Made by a program: the position numbers and the translations under genes. Shown in pieces: positions 27,203 to 37,444 of a stretch of DNA of 64,000 nucleotides (its first letter is position 1; every line of letters begins with the position of its first letter). Origin of the DNA: Candidatus Omnitrophota bacterium (GTDB lineage Bacteria > Omnitrophota > Gorgyraeia > Gygaellales > Profunditerraquicolaceae); contig JAOAET010000015.1 of NCBI GenBank assembly GCA_026416665.1, positions 4,433 to 68,432 on the forward strand, given 5' to 3'. The notes beneath the pieces were generated by a model that was not told the DNA's origin, made no database searches, and was given only the letters and a program-made list of their open reading frames with translations.

Positions 27203-28636
27203 ATGCTTAAAAAAATCCACGGTAAAGATTGGCAGAAACGAAAAAAAAGATTGATAATTATAATGGCTGCTCTTATTTTGCCAGGTTTTTTATTCTTTGG
27301 TATCTACTCATCATTTCGTTCCTTAAGTCGACAAACTGAAAATGCTTATGGATGGCTTTTCGGCAAACCAATCAAAGAAGAAGATTATGTAGCTGCGGCT
27401 AAGGCAATAGATATTCAACTTAAGGTTTCTTTAGGCGAGGCCTTCTATCAATTACAAAAGTTTTTCCCTCGTGATGAACTTGTGCGTCAAAGATTGGTGA
27501 TGCTAAACGAAATTAAAAAAAGAAAGATACGTGTTTCAGATAAAGAAGTAATTGACCAGATTCAAAAGGATCCTTCTTTTTACAGAAAAGGAGTTTTTGA
27601 TAAAGAACTTTATGAACAAATTATTCGCTATGGCTTAGGTATTTCTGCTAGAAATTATGAGGAAATTACCCGTCAGAACTTAGCTATACGTAAACTCTTT
27701 GAAGAAGTAACTAAAAGTGTCTTGGTTTCTGATGAAGATCTTAAAGAAATCTATCAAAAAGAAAACCAACAGTTTAGTGTTACTTACATTGCAGCAATAC
27801 CCGAATCCTTTATTAATTCACTTGAGCCGACAGAGGAACAGTTACGTCAATATTTTGAAGAACACGCTGGGGAATTTCAAACTAAGGAAAGATTTGTCCT
27901 TGAATATGTAAAGTTAGAAAATAAAGACCAGATTCCTGACCTTACACAAAGATTATCAAACAAGCAGACATTTGAAAAAATCTGTCAGGATTATAATCTG
28001 ACTGCTATGACTACTGAGCCCTTTAGTCTAAACGAAAGTAATATTATACCCTCTATTGGTTTATCAAAAGAACTGTCAGATATGATTAAACAATCTAATC
28101 CAAAAACAGTTTTACCCGTTGTTGAGGTGGATAAAAAGTTTTATCTGGTTAGAATTAAAGATAGATACCCTCCTGGCCTTGCTAATTTTGAAACAGCCAG
28201 GGAAGAAGTAAAAACAAAATTTATTAAAGAAAAAAGCCGCCAGCTTGCCAAAGAAAAAATTGAGGCTTGTGCTGCCAAATTAAAAGAAAAGAATGTCTCT
28301 AACAGAGAAGATTTTATAAATGTGGCCAAAGAATTTGGACTGAAGACACAAAACACATCTTTATTCGGATATAACAGCTATATTGAGGGCGTAGGTTTAT
28401 CTAACGCCTTCTTTAACGAGGCCTCAAGCTTAAAAGATAATCAGATAAGCCAAGTTATTGAGATGCCGTCTGGATTTTACTTGATTATGGTAAAAGAAAG
28501 GCCTGTCTTTGATCAGCAAAAATTTACCCAAGAGAAAGAACAATTACGCCAAAAAGTTCTTACGGAAAGAAAACAAGAATATTTTGATAACTTCATAAAA
28601 GACCTAATGAAAAAAGCTGAAGTAAAAAATAAATGA
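27203..28636 (+). CDS. SurA N-terminal / PpiD-like membrane-anchored periplasmic chaperone
   Basis: N-terminal TM anchor, VSDKEV...GVFDKELY, degenerate rotamase segments (ISQVIEMPSGFYL). GGAGG RBS. Confidence 0.82.
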   Translation: MLKKIHGKDWQKRKKRLIIIMAALILPGFLFFGIYSSFRSLSRQTENAYGWLFGKPIKEEDYVAAAKAIDIQLKVSLGEAFYQLQKFFPRDELVRQRLVMLNEIKKRKIRVSDKEVIDQIQKDPSFYRKGVFDKELYEQIIRYGLGISARNYEEITRQNLAIRKLFEEVTKSVLVSDEDLKEIYQKENQQFSVTYIAAIPESFINSLEPTEEQLRQYFEEHAGEFQTKERFVLEYVKLENKDQIPDLTQRLSNKQTFEKICQDYNLTAMTTEPFSLNESNIIPSIGLSKELSDMIKQSNPKTVLPVVEVDKKFYLVRIKDRYPPGLANFETAREEVKTKFIKEKSRQLAKEKIEACAAKLKEKNVSNREDFINVAKEFGLKTQNTSLFGYNSYIEGVGLSNAFFNEASSLKDNQISQVIEMPSGFYLIMVKERPVFDQQKFTQEKEQLRQKVLTERKQEYFDNFIKDLMKKAEVKNK

Positions 28637-28651
28637 AAGACAAATAAATTT

Positions 28652-28681
28652 GGCCGGATATTTAAATCCGGCCTTTTCTTT
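28652..28681 (+). terminator. Rho-independent terminator between convergent genes
   Basis: GGCCGGAT-ATTTAA-ATCCGGCC followed by TTTTCTTT. Confidence 0.85.
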
Positions 28682-28699
28682 AATCTGTTCCTCAAAAAG

Positions 28700-28882
28700 T
28701 TAACTTACTTTTATTGCTTGGACAGGGCACTGCTGTGCAACTTTTTTCACATCATGCACTGAACAACTCTGTTGTTTTACATGTGCTATACCATCCCCCT
28801 CTACTTTAAAGACCTCTGGGCATTCCTGTTCACACAAACCACAACCTACACAGGTTGAGCTATCTACGGTTACCTTTGCCAT
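28700..28882 (-). CDS. Monocluster [4Fe-4S] ferredoxin
   Basis: CVGCGLC...CPVQAI plus two extra Cys. Last gene of the por operon. Confidence 0.92.
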   Translation of the reverse strand: MAKVTVDSSTCVGCGLCEQECPEVFKVEGDGIAHVKQQSCSVHDVKKVAQQCPVQAIKVS

Positions 28883-28903
28883 AATACCACTCCTTCTTAA
28901 CTT

Positions 28904-29800
28904 TTAGGCAGCAGAAGCTGCGGGTTGTTCTTCTATACGTAACCCATAAAAAGCAATATTTGTATCCGCAATTTCCTGAATCTGTTTTATCTGCTCAGGC
29001 TTATCTAGAATGTGTTTAAACCTTCCCTGTGTTTTTAAATACTCTTCTACAGGTTTAGGAGAAATTTTTCGAACAGCGGTCAGTTTCCCGTATTCATATT
29101 CTATAAGAGGATACAAACCGGTCTCAACAGCAAGTTTACCTATCTCTATTGTCTGCTGAGGACTATACTGCCAACCTAAAGGACAAGGCACATGAATCTG
29201 AATATATTTTGGTCCTTTTATTGAACAGGCTTTTTTTACCTTTCGCTGAATATCTTGAGGAAAACCTATACTAGCTACCGCAACATAAGGAATGCCATGA
29301 GCACGGGCTATCTCAGGCATAGGTTTTTTAGGACGAAGATTTCCCCAAGACTGACTTCCTTTAGGACTGGTGGTAGTATGCGCAAGTAAAGGCGTTAAAC
29401 CACTACGTTGAATACCTGTATTCATATAAGCTTCGTTATCATAGCATACATAAAGCACATCATGGCCCCTTTCCATCATACCTGAAAGTGCCTGCAGACC
29501 GATATCTGCTGTTCCACCGTCACCGGCTTGAGCTATTACATTTATTTGTTCCTTCTTCCCTAAATATTTTAGTGCTGCCTCTACTCCTGAAGCAACTGCT
29601 GCGGCGTTTTCAAACAGTGAATGAATAAAGGGCACCTCAAAAGCAGATTCAGGATATTTGGTAGAAAAAACTTCAAGACATCCGGTGTTATTGACTACAA
29701 TAGTGTTTTTTCCTGTAGCCTCTAGAACAAGCCTTACTGCTAAGGACTGGCCGCAACCCGCACAGGCAGTATGGCCAGGGCTGTAAACTGAATTATTCAT
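28904..29800 (-). CDS. porB: Pyruvate:ferredoxin oxidoreductase beta subunit
   Basis: ACAGCG, TGCLEV, FENAAA, GDGG...[15 protein letters not shown]. Confidence 0.92.
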   Translation of the reverse strand: MNNSVYSPGHTACAGCGQSLAVRLVLEATGKNTIVVNNTGCLEVFSTKYPESAFEVPFIHSLFENAAAVASGVEAALKYLGKKEQINVIAQAGDGGTADIGLQALSGMMERGHDVLYVCYDNEAYMNTGIQRSGLTPLLAHTTTSPKGSQSWGNLRPKKPMPEIARAHGIPYVAVASIGFPQDIQRKVKKACSIKGPKYIQIHVPCPLGWQYSPQQTIEIGKLAVETGLYPLIEYEYGKLTAVRKISPKPVEEYLKTQGRFKHILDKPEQIKQIQEIADTNIAFYGLRIEEQPAASAA

Positions 29801-30974
29801 AGTTCTCCTTTATAAGTTCTGGTTTTAGGTCAATAAATTCATTATCTACTTCGCGTTTACTTATTATACTAAAAATCTGTTTTATGGAATCCATAGTAAT
29901 ATCACGACCACCTAAACCAAGTATAAAGCTTGAAATTGTTTTTGGTCTTTTGGTTTTGTTAAAGAAAAGAGCTCGAATCTCCGACGCAAGCGGAGCAAAG
30001 GAACCTAAAGAAAGAGAACGGTCTATTACTGCTACCTTGGGAACATTTTTCAATGCTTCATAAACTGCCTGAGCAGGAAAAGGACGAAAACAGGTTATTT
30101 TTAATAATCCAACTTTTTTACCTTTTTGCCGCATCTGATCTATTACATCTTTTATTGTCCCGCAAACAGACCCCATTGCTACAATAACTTTTTCTGCACC
30201 TTTTAATTGATATCCTTCAACTAACCCATCATAGCTTCTCCCAAATATCTTGGCAAACTCCATTGTTAATTTTGGTAAAAGCTTTAAAACTTTTTTGTGT
30301 GTCTGATGAATAGCATAACGTGTTTCCATATAATAGTCAGGGTCAGCCAAAGGGCCAAGTGTAAGTGGATTATCTACATCCAATTTATAAAGGGGCTTAA
30401 ATGCAGGTAAAAATTTATCTACCTGCTCTTGACTTGGGACATCAACTATTTCTATCCCATGGGTCAAAATAAAACCGTCCATACATACCATTACTGGAAG
30501 CATAATGGATTTATCCTCTGCCAAGCGATATGCCAAAATATGAAAATCCATTGCCTCTTGGTTATTTTCTACATAAAGTTGGACCCAACCTGAATCGCGT
30601 AACGAAATAGTGTCTTGATGGTCATTCCAAATATTAATCGGAGCAGACACTGCCCGATTTGCATCAGTAAGAACTAATGGTAGACGTAAACCCGCAATAT
30701 TGAAGATTACCTCCCCCATTAAAAGTAATCCTTGGGAACTGGTAGCAGTATAAGAACGAACACCTGTAGCCTCAGCTCCTAAAACTACCGAAGCAGCCGA
30801 ATGTTCTGACTCTACATTAACAAACTCTGCTTTAAGATGCCCATCGGCTATCATCTGAGCTAATTCTTCAACAATATGTGTCTGAGGAGTAATAGGATAG
30901 GCAGAGATTACTCCTGGGCGACAAAGCGCTACTGACTTTGCAACTGTCATTGAACCTTCTAGAAATTCTTTCAT
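29793..30974 (-). CDS. porA: Pyruvate:ferredoxin oxidoreductase alpha subunit
   Basis: [26 protein letters not shown]. Confidence 0.92.
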   Translation of the reverse strand: MKEFLEGSMTVAKSVALCRPGVISAYPITPQTHIVEELAQMIADGHLKAEFVNVESEHSAASVVLGAEATGVRSYTATSSQGLLLMGEVIFNIAGLRLPLVLTDANRAVSAPINIWNDHQDTISLRDSGWVQLYVENNQEAMDFHILAYRLAEDKSIMLPVMVCMDGFILTHGIEIVDVPSQEQVDKFLPAFKPLYKLDVDNPLTLGPLADPDYYMETRYAIHQTHKKVLKLLPKLTMEFAKIFGRSYDGLVEGYQLKGAEKVIVAMGSVCGTIKDVIDQMRQKGKKVGLLKITCFRPFPAQAVYEALKNVPKVAVIDRSLSLGSFAPLASEIRALFFNKTKRPKTISSFILGLGGRDITMDSIKQIFSIISKREVDNEFIDLKPELIKENYE

Positions 30975-31000
30975 CTTTTCCTCTTTTTTGCTACTTATAT

Positions 31001-31264
31001 CTACTTAGATTTATCTTCTTTAACCATTTCAATTTCTTTCTTGGGACATATCATCGCACACATACCACAACCTTTACAATAAGACAAATCAACTTCAAAA
31101 ACATTTTTGGCAGTCTCTTTAACACAATTTTCTGGACAAACTAAAACACAAAGCTTACACCCCAAACAGTTTTTCTTCAGAAAATTAGGTTTAGATTCTA
31201 TCCTCCAAGAACCTGTCTTGTTCTTACGACTTGAACCTGGTTTTGAAACAAGTGGACCAAACAT
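31001..31264 (-). CDS. porD: Pyruvate:ferredoxin oxidoreductase delta subunit
   Basis: KTGSWR and two CxxCxxCxxxCP motifs. Confidence 0.9.
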   Translation of the reverse strand: MFGPLVSKPGSSRKNKTGSWRIESKPNFLKKNCLGCKLCVLVCPENCVKETAKNVFEVDLSYCKGCGMCAMICPKKEIEMVKEDKSK

Positions 31265-31289
31265 ATTGTTTTCCCTTTTTACAAAATTC

Positions 31290-31838
31290 TTATCGCATTA
31301 AGTTTTTCACAAACTCATAACCTTCCTTAATGGAAGCGATGTTTCCCTCTAAGGCCTTTCCACTAAAACGTTGCTTAACCGCTTCAACCAATGCCTCAAC
31401 ATCTAACTCGCCTGTTGCTGCAGAAAATGCACCTAAGAGAGCAGTATTTCCTAAGGGTCTGCCTATATTCTTTGCAGCAATATCGTTTGCGGGGACAATA
31501 ATTACCTTTTGCTTTGCTTTAACCTTTGGAATGTCAATGCCTTCTCGTTTGTTCACAATAGCTATACCATTTTCCTTTAAACCCGCAAAACAATTAAAAC
31601 CCCTTAATAAAGTAGAATCCACAATAATAATGTAATCTGGTTCATAAATCTGGCTACGTAGACGCACTGGTTTATCATCAACTCGGACAAAGGCATTCAT
31701 CGGTGCACCCATACGGGCAGCTCCAAAATGGGGAAAGGCATAGGCAAATTTACCTTTAGAAAAATATGCGTAACCTAGAATAGAAGCAGTGGTAATTGCC
31801 CCTTGTCCTGCCCGGGCATGTATTCTGATTTCTTTCAT
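31290..31838 (-). CDS. porC: Pyruvate:ferredoxin oxidoreductase gamma subunit
   Basis: EIRIHARAGQG, FGAARMGAP, NTALLGA. Confidence 0.9.
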   Translation of the reverse strand: MKEIRIHARAGQGAITTASILGYAYFSKGKFAYAFPHFGAARMGAPMNAFVRVDDKPVRLRSQIYEPDYIIIVDSTLLRGFNCFAGLKENGIAIVNKREGIDIPKVKAKQKVIIVPANDIAAKNIGRPLGNTALLGAFSAATGELDVEALVEAVKQRFSGKALEGNIASIKEGYEFVKNLMR

Positions 31839-31885
31839 CAATAACTCCTTGCTCTTCTGGTAAGTTACTAAGAAAAAACAGACCT

Positions 31886-31914
31886 ATTTTAATACTCAAC
31901 TTTTGTGTTGTCAA
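31886..31914 (-). promoter_or_regulatory. Promoter of the por-ferredoxin operon
   Basis: TTGACA-17 nt-TAAAAT. Confidence 0.7.
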
Positions 31915-31950
31915 TCAATATTTATTTTTTTATAGAGTGATAGTGGCAAA

Positions 31951-32982
31951 TTAAGGAGAAGAAGATAATTTCGAAGTTATCTTTTGCAGAACAGTAAAAA
32001 CTCTTTCTGCCTCAGTCTCGGACAAACCTCCACAACCACAGCTAGGGCTAACCATCAGTTGGTCAAACAACATTTGCCTACTGATACCTTTCTTAACCAA
32101 AGCATTTAAAGCTTCCTCTAAATGCGGATATAATGATTCTACAGACAAACCCTCACTAAATGACGTTGTCGGAACAATACCCCAACACAGAATGCCACCT
32201 CTTCTTAAGAAAGAATTTATATTTTCAGCGTATAAAACCAACTTATCCCAAAACCCATAAGCATCAAAACTAATTAGTCCTATACTTTCTATTTCCGTAA
32301 ATAATGACCAATCGGTATTACCACAACAATGAACCCCCACAGTTACTGACTCAGAAATAATATCTTTAGCCAATTCTGCCAAGGTAGTAACAACCTGTTC
32401 TCTATTAAGGGGAGTGAAAGCTGAGCCGAAGGAAGTAAGATATGGCTCGTCAACAAATACAATTATCGGCTTATTAAATTTACTAAAGTACTTAATCTGC
32501 CACTGTGCTTTCATTACCAAAGATTTTACTATCACTTCTTTAAATACCTCATCATGCAAAATGGCTGTTCCTTCAGAATTATTAATACTTGCTGCCACTG
32601 TAAATGGGCCGGTAATTTGGCATTTTATACCTAAAATCCCCTCTGTGCCTTGCTCTTCCAGGGCCTTGTAAAGTGCGTATATACCTTGGGCATAGTCAGC
32701 ACTAATAGCAAACTTCTGGATTTGGCCAGCAATAATCCGACTATAAAATATCTCTAATTCTCGCTCTCTATCACGTTCATCAAAAAATATTCCGTCGGCA
32801 GTAACACGCACACAAGGCATGCCTTCTGTAAACTGAGTAACCATGCCTTCTCTTATATCCCGTTTAGGAAGCTGCGGCCAAAAAGGCACCTTGGGCACAT
32901 AACGTAATACAAAATTTACTGCCCTGGTAGCATCAGTAAAAGGAAGACTTCCTATACCTGTAGCACACCCTTGAAACTGCAT
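31951..32982 (-). CDS. Single-barrel 'core' methionine synthase (MetE catalytic-domain only, MesB-like)
   Basis: TGIGSLP, PFWPQLP, QITGPFT, FVDEP, candidate Zn ligands in HCCG, SFD and PSCG. No N-terminal folate-binding barrel. Confidence 0.78.
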   Translation of the reverse strand: MQFQGCATGIGSLPFTDATRAVNFVLRYVPKVPFWPQLPKRDIREGMVTQFTEGMPCVRVTADGIFFDERDRERELEIFYSRIIAGQIQKFAISADYAQGIYALYKALEEQGTEGILGIKCQITGPFTVAASINNSEGTAILHDEVFKEVIVKSLVMKAQWQIKYFSKFNKPIIVFVDEPYLTSFGSAFTPLNREQVVTTLAELAKDIISESVTVGVHCCGNTDWSLFTEIESIGLISFDAYGFWDKLVLYAENINSFLRRGGILCWGIVPTTSFSEGLSVESLYPHLEEALNALVKKGISRQMLFDQLMVSPSCGCGGLSETEAERVFTVLQKITSKLSSSP

Positions 32983-33053
32983 AATTTAAAAATAATTAAT
33001 ATTGATTTCTTACTAAACTACTTTATCGAAAACTATATGGCGGTGCTAAACTT

Positions 33054-33431
33054 TTAAATAGTCACTTCTTTTATTCTATACTGAAAGGCCTGTTCGAAAT
33101 TAAAGGCTTCTTTGAAATCCTCTAAAGTATCTTCCTCGTTTTTAGAAAGAATTTTTTTCTTAACCATATTGAATACAATGTTCCCAAAATCAAGGCTACT
33201 TGAAATACCCCAGTGTTTTAATACTGTCTTTGCCATTGGACCGTACTCTTTCAAAGCAAGCTCTCTTATTCCTTCTAGAAGTATCTTTGCACTTACATGG
33301 CCGGCTATCTTAAATTTGTGTTGTGTATACTCTAATGCTGCTAATACAAATTCATAGCTATCCGGTCTATAACGCGGATCTTCTTCGTAAATTTCTTCAA
33401 CTAGGTCATAAAAATTTTTTCTTGATGACAT
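33054..33431 (-). CDS. Minf_1886-like PVC-restricted conserved protein
   Basis: DPRY...YEFV..AL, HVS, GPMAKTVLKHWGI, DFGNIVFNMV pattern recognised from this family. Confidence 0.8.
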   Translation of the reverse strand: MSSRKNFYDLVEEIYEEDPRYRPDSYEFVLAALEYTQHKFKIAGHVSAKILLEGIRELALKEYGPMAKTVLKHWGISSSLDFGNIVFNMVKKKILSKNEEDTLEDFKEAFNFEQAFQYRIKEVTI

Positions 33432-33438
33432 ATTATTT

Positions 33439-33735
33439 TCAAAAACTTGTTGGTAAGTTAATCCCAGTTATTTCTTTTACCTTTTGTGCCGCCAACTGCT
33501 GAGTTTGATTAATTGCTCGTTCCAAAGCATCGCGAAGTTCCCGCTCTAAACTTTCCACAGTAATTTCTGTTAATGGCCTATTAATCCGTATTCCCGTAAG
33601 TTTCTGAGCACCATTCATAGTCAGAGATACAAGACTATCTTTGCTTTGTACAGTAATGATAGTGTTCTCTAACGTCTCTTTAACTGTCTTAATTTTTTTT
33701 TGCATTTCCATAATATTTTTTAATTGCTCAAACAT
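33439..33735 (-). CDS. YbaB/EbfC nucleoid-associated protein
   Basis: MEMQKKI...VSLTMNGAQKL...ITGINLP. Size and pattern fit the family. Confidence 0.8.
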   Translation of the reverse strand: MFEQLKNIMEMQKKIKTVKETLENTIITVQSKDSLVSLTMNGAQKLTGIRINRPLTEITVESLERELRDALERAINQTQQLAAQKVKEITGINLPTSF

Positions 33736-33745
33736 ACTAACTCCT

Positions 33746-34372
33746 TTAAAAACCTAAGTCTTCTGCTACCATTAATACAGTTAATCTTCCCTCTGTTACT
33801 TCCGCTTCTACCACCAATAACTGACAACACATCCTCTTGTATTGTGGAGCAATACACTTATAGTTATCACAAGCACCCGTATGAAAACAAGGTGTATCCC
33901 ATTTAAGTCGTTTACAATTTAGCGGGGTAACATAATTACGTGCACGCTCTATGGCCTTTTCAAGAGTAGGGACAATTTTATTCAATCCACATATTACAAT
34001 AGTATGCGGCGCATCTGCAATGCCAGCAATACGGTGACCGAAGGCACTTAAAAAAACTAATTCTCCTGTCTCAGCAATGGCGTTGGCGCTGGTAAGAAAA
34101 AAATCTGCCTGCGCACCAAGTCTGCGCATCCGCATACTTTCCTCACGACTTAAAGAAGGGTCGTACTGATTGAATACTTTATTGCCTCTTGTCTCTAACA
34201 TCTCAATTATCTCCAACTCATCTAGTGTCTTTGAACCACTAAAACCAACGGTTGCTTCCTCAGGAATAATATCTAATAGAATACGATGGACATCGTCTCT
34301 GTTTTTGCAGAGTATACCTTCAATATTGCGTGCCTTCCATTTCCTAATTAATTCGCTGGCTTTTTCCTGCAT
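33746..34372 (-). CDS. LUD-domain (LutC/YkgG-like) protein
   Basis: VGFSGSKTL, ADFFLTSANAI, GLNKIV, Cys-rich PC..TG.C..C...RMC, C-terminal LGF. Confidence 0.82.
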   Translation of the reverse strand: MQEKASELIRKWKARNIEGILCKNRDDVHRILLDIIPEEATVGFSGSKTLDELEIIEMLETRGNKVFNQYDPSLSREESMRMRRLGAQADFFLTSANAIAETGELVFLSAFGHRIAGIADAPHTIVICGLNKIVPTLEKAIERARNYVTPLNCKRLKWDTPCFHTGACDNYKCIAPQYKRMCCQLLVVEAEVTEGRLTVLMVAEDLGF

Positions 34373-34914
34373 TTGAGTAATCTGTTAATAAGCTGGTTAG
34401 TGGAGATAAACTTTATACCTTTTTTGCGTAACATAGCCAAAGTCTTCTCCTTGCCTTCTTCTGAAACTGCCTTTGTTGCATTTATTACTAAATAGGTCTG
34501 TTTCCTCCGTTTTAATAATCCTAAACAAGCTGCTTTAACACAAAAATCTAATGCTACACCATAAACATAAGCAACATCAAATGGCTTTAAAACCTTATCT
34601 GCTTTAGGATTGGAGAACATATCAAAAGTAGTTTTAGCAATTATAATCTGTTTAGTTCGTTTTGCTATGGTAGCGGATATTTTTTTCTGACCTGCAGTTG
34701 CCTTTACACAATGTCTGGGAAACAATTTAAATTCTGGGTCATTCTTTCTGTGAGTATCCACTGAAGAAACTATGGGTATTTCAAGAGAGTCTGCTACAGC
34801 GGTTAATTTTTTAAGATGACTAATTATTTTTTCTGCCCCTTTTACGTAAAGGGCACCTGATGGGTTCATAAAATCAAACTGGGTATCCACATCAACAAAA
34901 ACAATTCGTTTCAT
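34348..34914 (-). CDS. pncA: Nicotinamidase (isochorismatase family)
   Basis: VDVDTQFDF, DTH, FPRHCV, GVALDFCV. Overlaps pncB. Confidence 0.87.
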   Translation of the reverse strand: MKRIVFVDVDTQFDFMNPSGALYVKGAEKIISHLKKLTAVADSLEIPIVSSVDTHRKNDPEFKLFPRHCVKATAGQKKISATIAKRTKQIIIAKTTFDMFSNPKADKVLKPFDVAYVYGVALDFCVKAACLGLLKRRKQTYLVINATKAVSEEGKEKTLAMLRKKGIKFISTNQLINRLLKCRKKPAN

Positions 34915-36281
34915 TTTATTCCCCTTGCTAGATCCCTTGCGGTTTTTTTAGCTAATTTTTCTAATTTATCAGTTGGTTCTACCACAAAGTTAGTAGGATA
35001 GGTTTTTGTTATTTCTTTTAGCTCACTAGGTAAACTGGCTATTTGTGCCTTGGCGTATTGGCAAATCTCTGTTAAGGGTGGTAATGAATAAATACAATGG
35101 CCACGTTCAATAACTTTACGTAAAAGCACAGTACCTTTCTGTCTTTCAGACTCAAGGGCAAGTACATCTTTTTTTATTATACCTTTTTTATCAAATAAAC
35201 GGAAAATCTGTTTTCTACCGGGTAAAGTAACTTTTGCTGAACTTAGTTTCATAGTAGGAAGGAACTCACCATTTTCTTGTGAGACCTCAACTAATTTATA
35301 GATTGCATCCAAGGCAGGGGCATCAAAACTTGTCCCAAGGTGTGTACCAACACCAAAACTATCAACACAGGCACCTTTTTTTAATAATTTTTGTATTGCA
35401 TATTCATCAAGATTGCCACTGGCGACAATACGTAGTTCTGGAAGTCCGTGTTTATTAAAGAGTGTTCGTGCATATTTTGACAGAGAAATAATATCTCCGC
35501 TATCTAAACGAATACCATTTAGCCTTTGACCATTTTTCTGCATCAATAGTGCAATCTTTAGGGCATTTTTTATACCCTGCTTGGCATCATAGGTATCTAC
35601 CAAAAGAACAGAATTCTTTGGAAATAACTGGGTATATACCTTAAAACTTTCTAGTTCATCTGCAAAAGCCATCACAAAGGAGTGTGCCATAGTTCCTATA
35701 ACAGGAATCCCAAGCTCTTTTGCTGCTAAAACATTAGAGGTTCCCTGACAACCCCCTAGATAAGCTGCCCTTGCTACGTAAAAACCTGCAGTAGGACCGT
35801 GAGTTCGCCTAAGAGAGAAATCATATACAGGTCGTCCTTCTGCTGCAAGAACAACTCTGGCGGCCTTAGAGGCAACCATAGTTTGCAAATTAATGGTTGA
35901 GAGTAAGAAACTTTCTATTAATTGTGCCTCTATAATCGGAGCACTAACGCGTAATACTGGTTCGCCAGCAAAAAACACTGTGCCCTCAGGCATCGCCCAA
36001 ACATCACCACTAAATCGCATTTTGGCAAGATAGTCTAAGAAGCCATCTTCAAAAATTCCTTTTTGACGTAAATACGCTATTTCCTCGGGTTTAAATTGCA
36101 AATTTGTCAAGAAATCAATAACCTCTTCCAACCCGCTAAAAATAAGGAATGACCTTTGACGGGGTAATTGCCGAACAAATAGTTCAAATGTAGCTACTGC
36201 GTTAGGTTTATAGCGCCAATAACACTGCGCCATTGTTAATTCGTAAAAATCAGTTGTTAATGCAGAAAAATTTTTTTCCAT
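34911..36281 (-). CDS. pncB: Nicotinate phosphoribosyltransferase
   Basis: TDFYELTM, DFSLRR, GTMAHS, LVDTYD, IRLDSGD, FGVGT, TLPGRK. Confidence 0.95.
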   Translation of the reverse strand: MEKNFSALTTDFYELTMAQCYWRYKPNAVATFELFVRQLPRQRSFLIFSGLEEVIDFLTNLQFKPEEIAYLRQKGIFEDGFLDYLAKMRFSGDVWAMPEGTVFFAGEPVLRVSAPIIEAQLIESFLLSTINLQTMVASKAARVVLAAEGRPVYDFSLRRTHGPTAGFYVARAAYLGGCQGTSNVLAAKELGIPVIGTMAHSFVMAFADELESFKVYTQLFPKNSVLLVDTYDAKQGIKNALKIALLMQKNGQRLNGIRLDSGDIISLSKYARTLFNKHGLPELRIVASGNLDEYAIQKLLKKGACVDSFGVGTHLGTSFDAPALDAIYKLVEVSQENGEFLPTMKLSSAKVTLPGRKQIFRLFDKKGIIKKDVLALESERQKGTVLLRKVIERGHCIYSLPPLTEICQYAKAQIASLPSELKEITKTYPTNFVVEPTDKLEKLAKKTARDLARGIK

Positions 36282-36284
36282 TGC

Positions 36285-36773
36285 TTAATTTTTAGTTACA
36301 TCGTTAATCAACTGCTTTAATTCTTCCTGTGGAAACCTAGTAGAGCGGTAACGTATCTGAGCATCTTTATCAATTAAAATATACATAGGAACACCCAATA
36401 CATCATAAAGGTCAGCAACAGTTGCCTGCTCATCTAAATAAAGTGGGAAACCCAAAGCATAATTCTGCTTCAGTCGCTGTACCCTTTGACTGGACTCTCC
36501 AACATTAATCGGTAAGATAATAATCCCTTGCTTCTCATATTCTGCAAACTCTTCATTAAGACGTTTTAGTTCTTTCAAGCAGAAAGGGCACCAACTTGTC
36601 CAGAAAAAAAGAACAGATGCTTTGGCATCTTTAAAACTAGAAAAATTGACAACCTCACCTTCTAAATTTTTTAAGGTAAATTCTTTTGAATAATAGCTCT
36701 CAGAAGCGCCCAAAGGGCTTATTAATAATAAACAGAAGAAAATAAGCAATGGAGAAACTAAATTATTTTTCAT
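36285..36773 (-). CDS. TlpA/ResA-like exported thioredoxin
   Basis: Signal peptide and FWTSWCPFC. Start MKNN overlaps the dsbD stop (ATGA). Confidence 0.9.
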   Translation of the reverse strand: MKNNLVSPLLIFFCLLLISPLGASESYYSKEFTLKNLEGEVVNFSSFKDAKASVLFFWTSWCPFCLKELKRLNEEFAEYEKQGIIILPINVGESSQRVQRLKQNYALGFPLYLDEQATVADLYDVLGVPMYILIDKDAQIRYRSTRFPQEELKQLINDVTKN

Positions 36774-37444
36774 ACAAATATTCTCCTTATTGCAGAAACT
36801 ATGAAAATCAATCCAAAACCTATTAAAACCGCAGCGCATATATACTCAACATACACCATCCACTTCCCAGCTTTAGGCAGGTGTAAAACTTTCGTGCCTA
36901 ATGTTCCTGCTAAAATTAGCAATATTCCCATACCATAACCAAAGACTATTAATAAACTGGCACCATATGCAACTTTATGAGTAGTAGCTACATATAAAAG
37001 AATTGCCCACAAAGCAGGTGCCACACAAGGTGAGGCAACCAACCCTGAAACAGCACCAAAGAAAAATATGGTTAATGGTCCTTTTATTTTTATTTGGTTA
37101 CTTTTAACAACAGAAGGAAGCTTCATTTGTACTACTCTCATCATCGTTAATCCAAATAGAATAAAGACTATTCCTACTATTACCTGTGTAACTGGATGTC
37201 TACTAATTGTCCCAAACATCTTTCCACTTTGAACTGCCATAAGACCAAGAACAGCATACATTGAAGCTATACCTGATACATAAATAAAACTATAGAGCAA
37301 TCCTCTAAGATGCGAACCTTGTGCATTAATCCCGATATAGCTAATGGTAATAGGAATTAACGGATATACACAGGGAGTAAAACTTAAACCTACTCCTCCC
37401 AAAAAAGCTATAATAAAATCTGGCCAGTTACCGGAGAGATTCAT
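36770..37444 (-). CDS. CcdA/DsbD transmembrane disulfide reductase
   Basis: SFTPCVYPLIP, ASPCVAP, PKAGKWM, about 6 TM helices. Confidence 0.9.
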   Translation of the reverse strand: MNLSGNWPDFIIAFLGGVGLSFTPCVYPLIPITISYIGINAQGSHLRGLLYSFIYVSGIASMYAVLGLMAVQSGKMFGTISRHPVTQVIVGIVFILFGLTMMRVVQMKLPSVVKSNQIKIKGPLTIFFFGAVSGLVASPCVAPALWAILLYVATTHKVAYGASLLIVFGYGMGILLILAGTLGTKVLHLPKAGKWMVYVEYICAAVLIGFGLIFIVSAIRRIFV

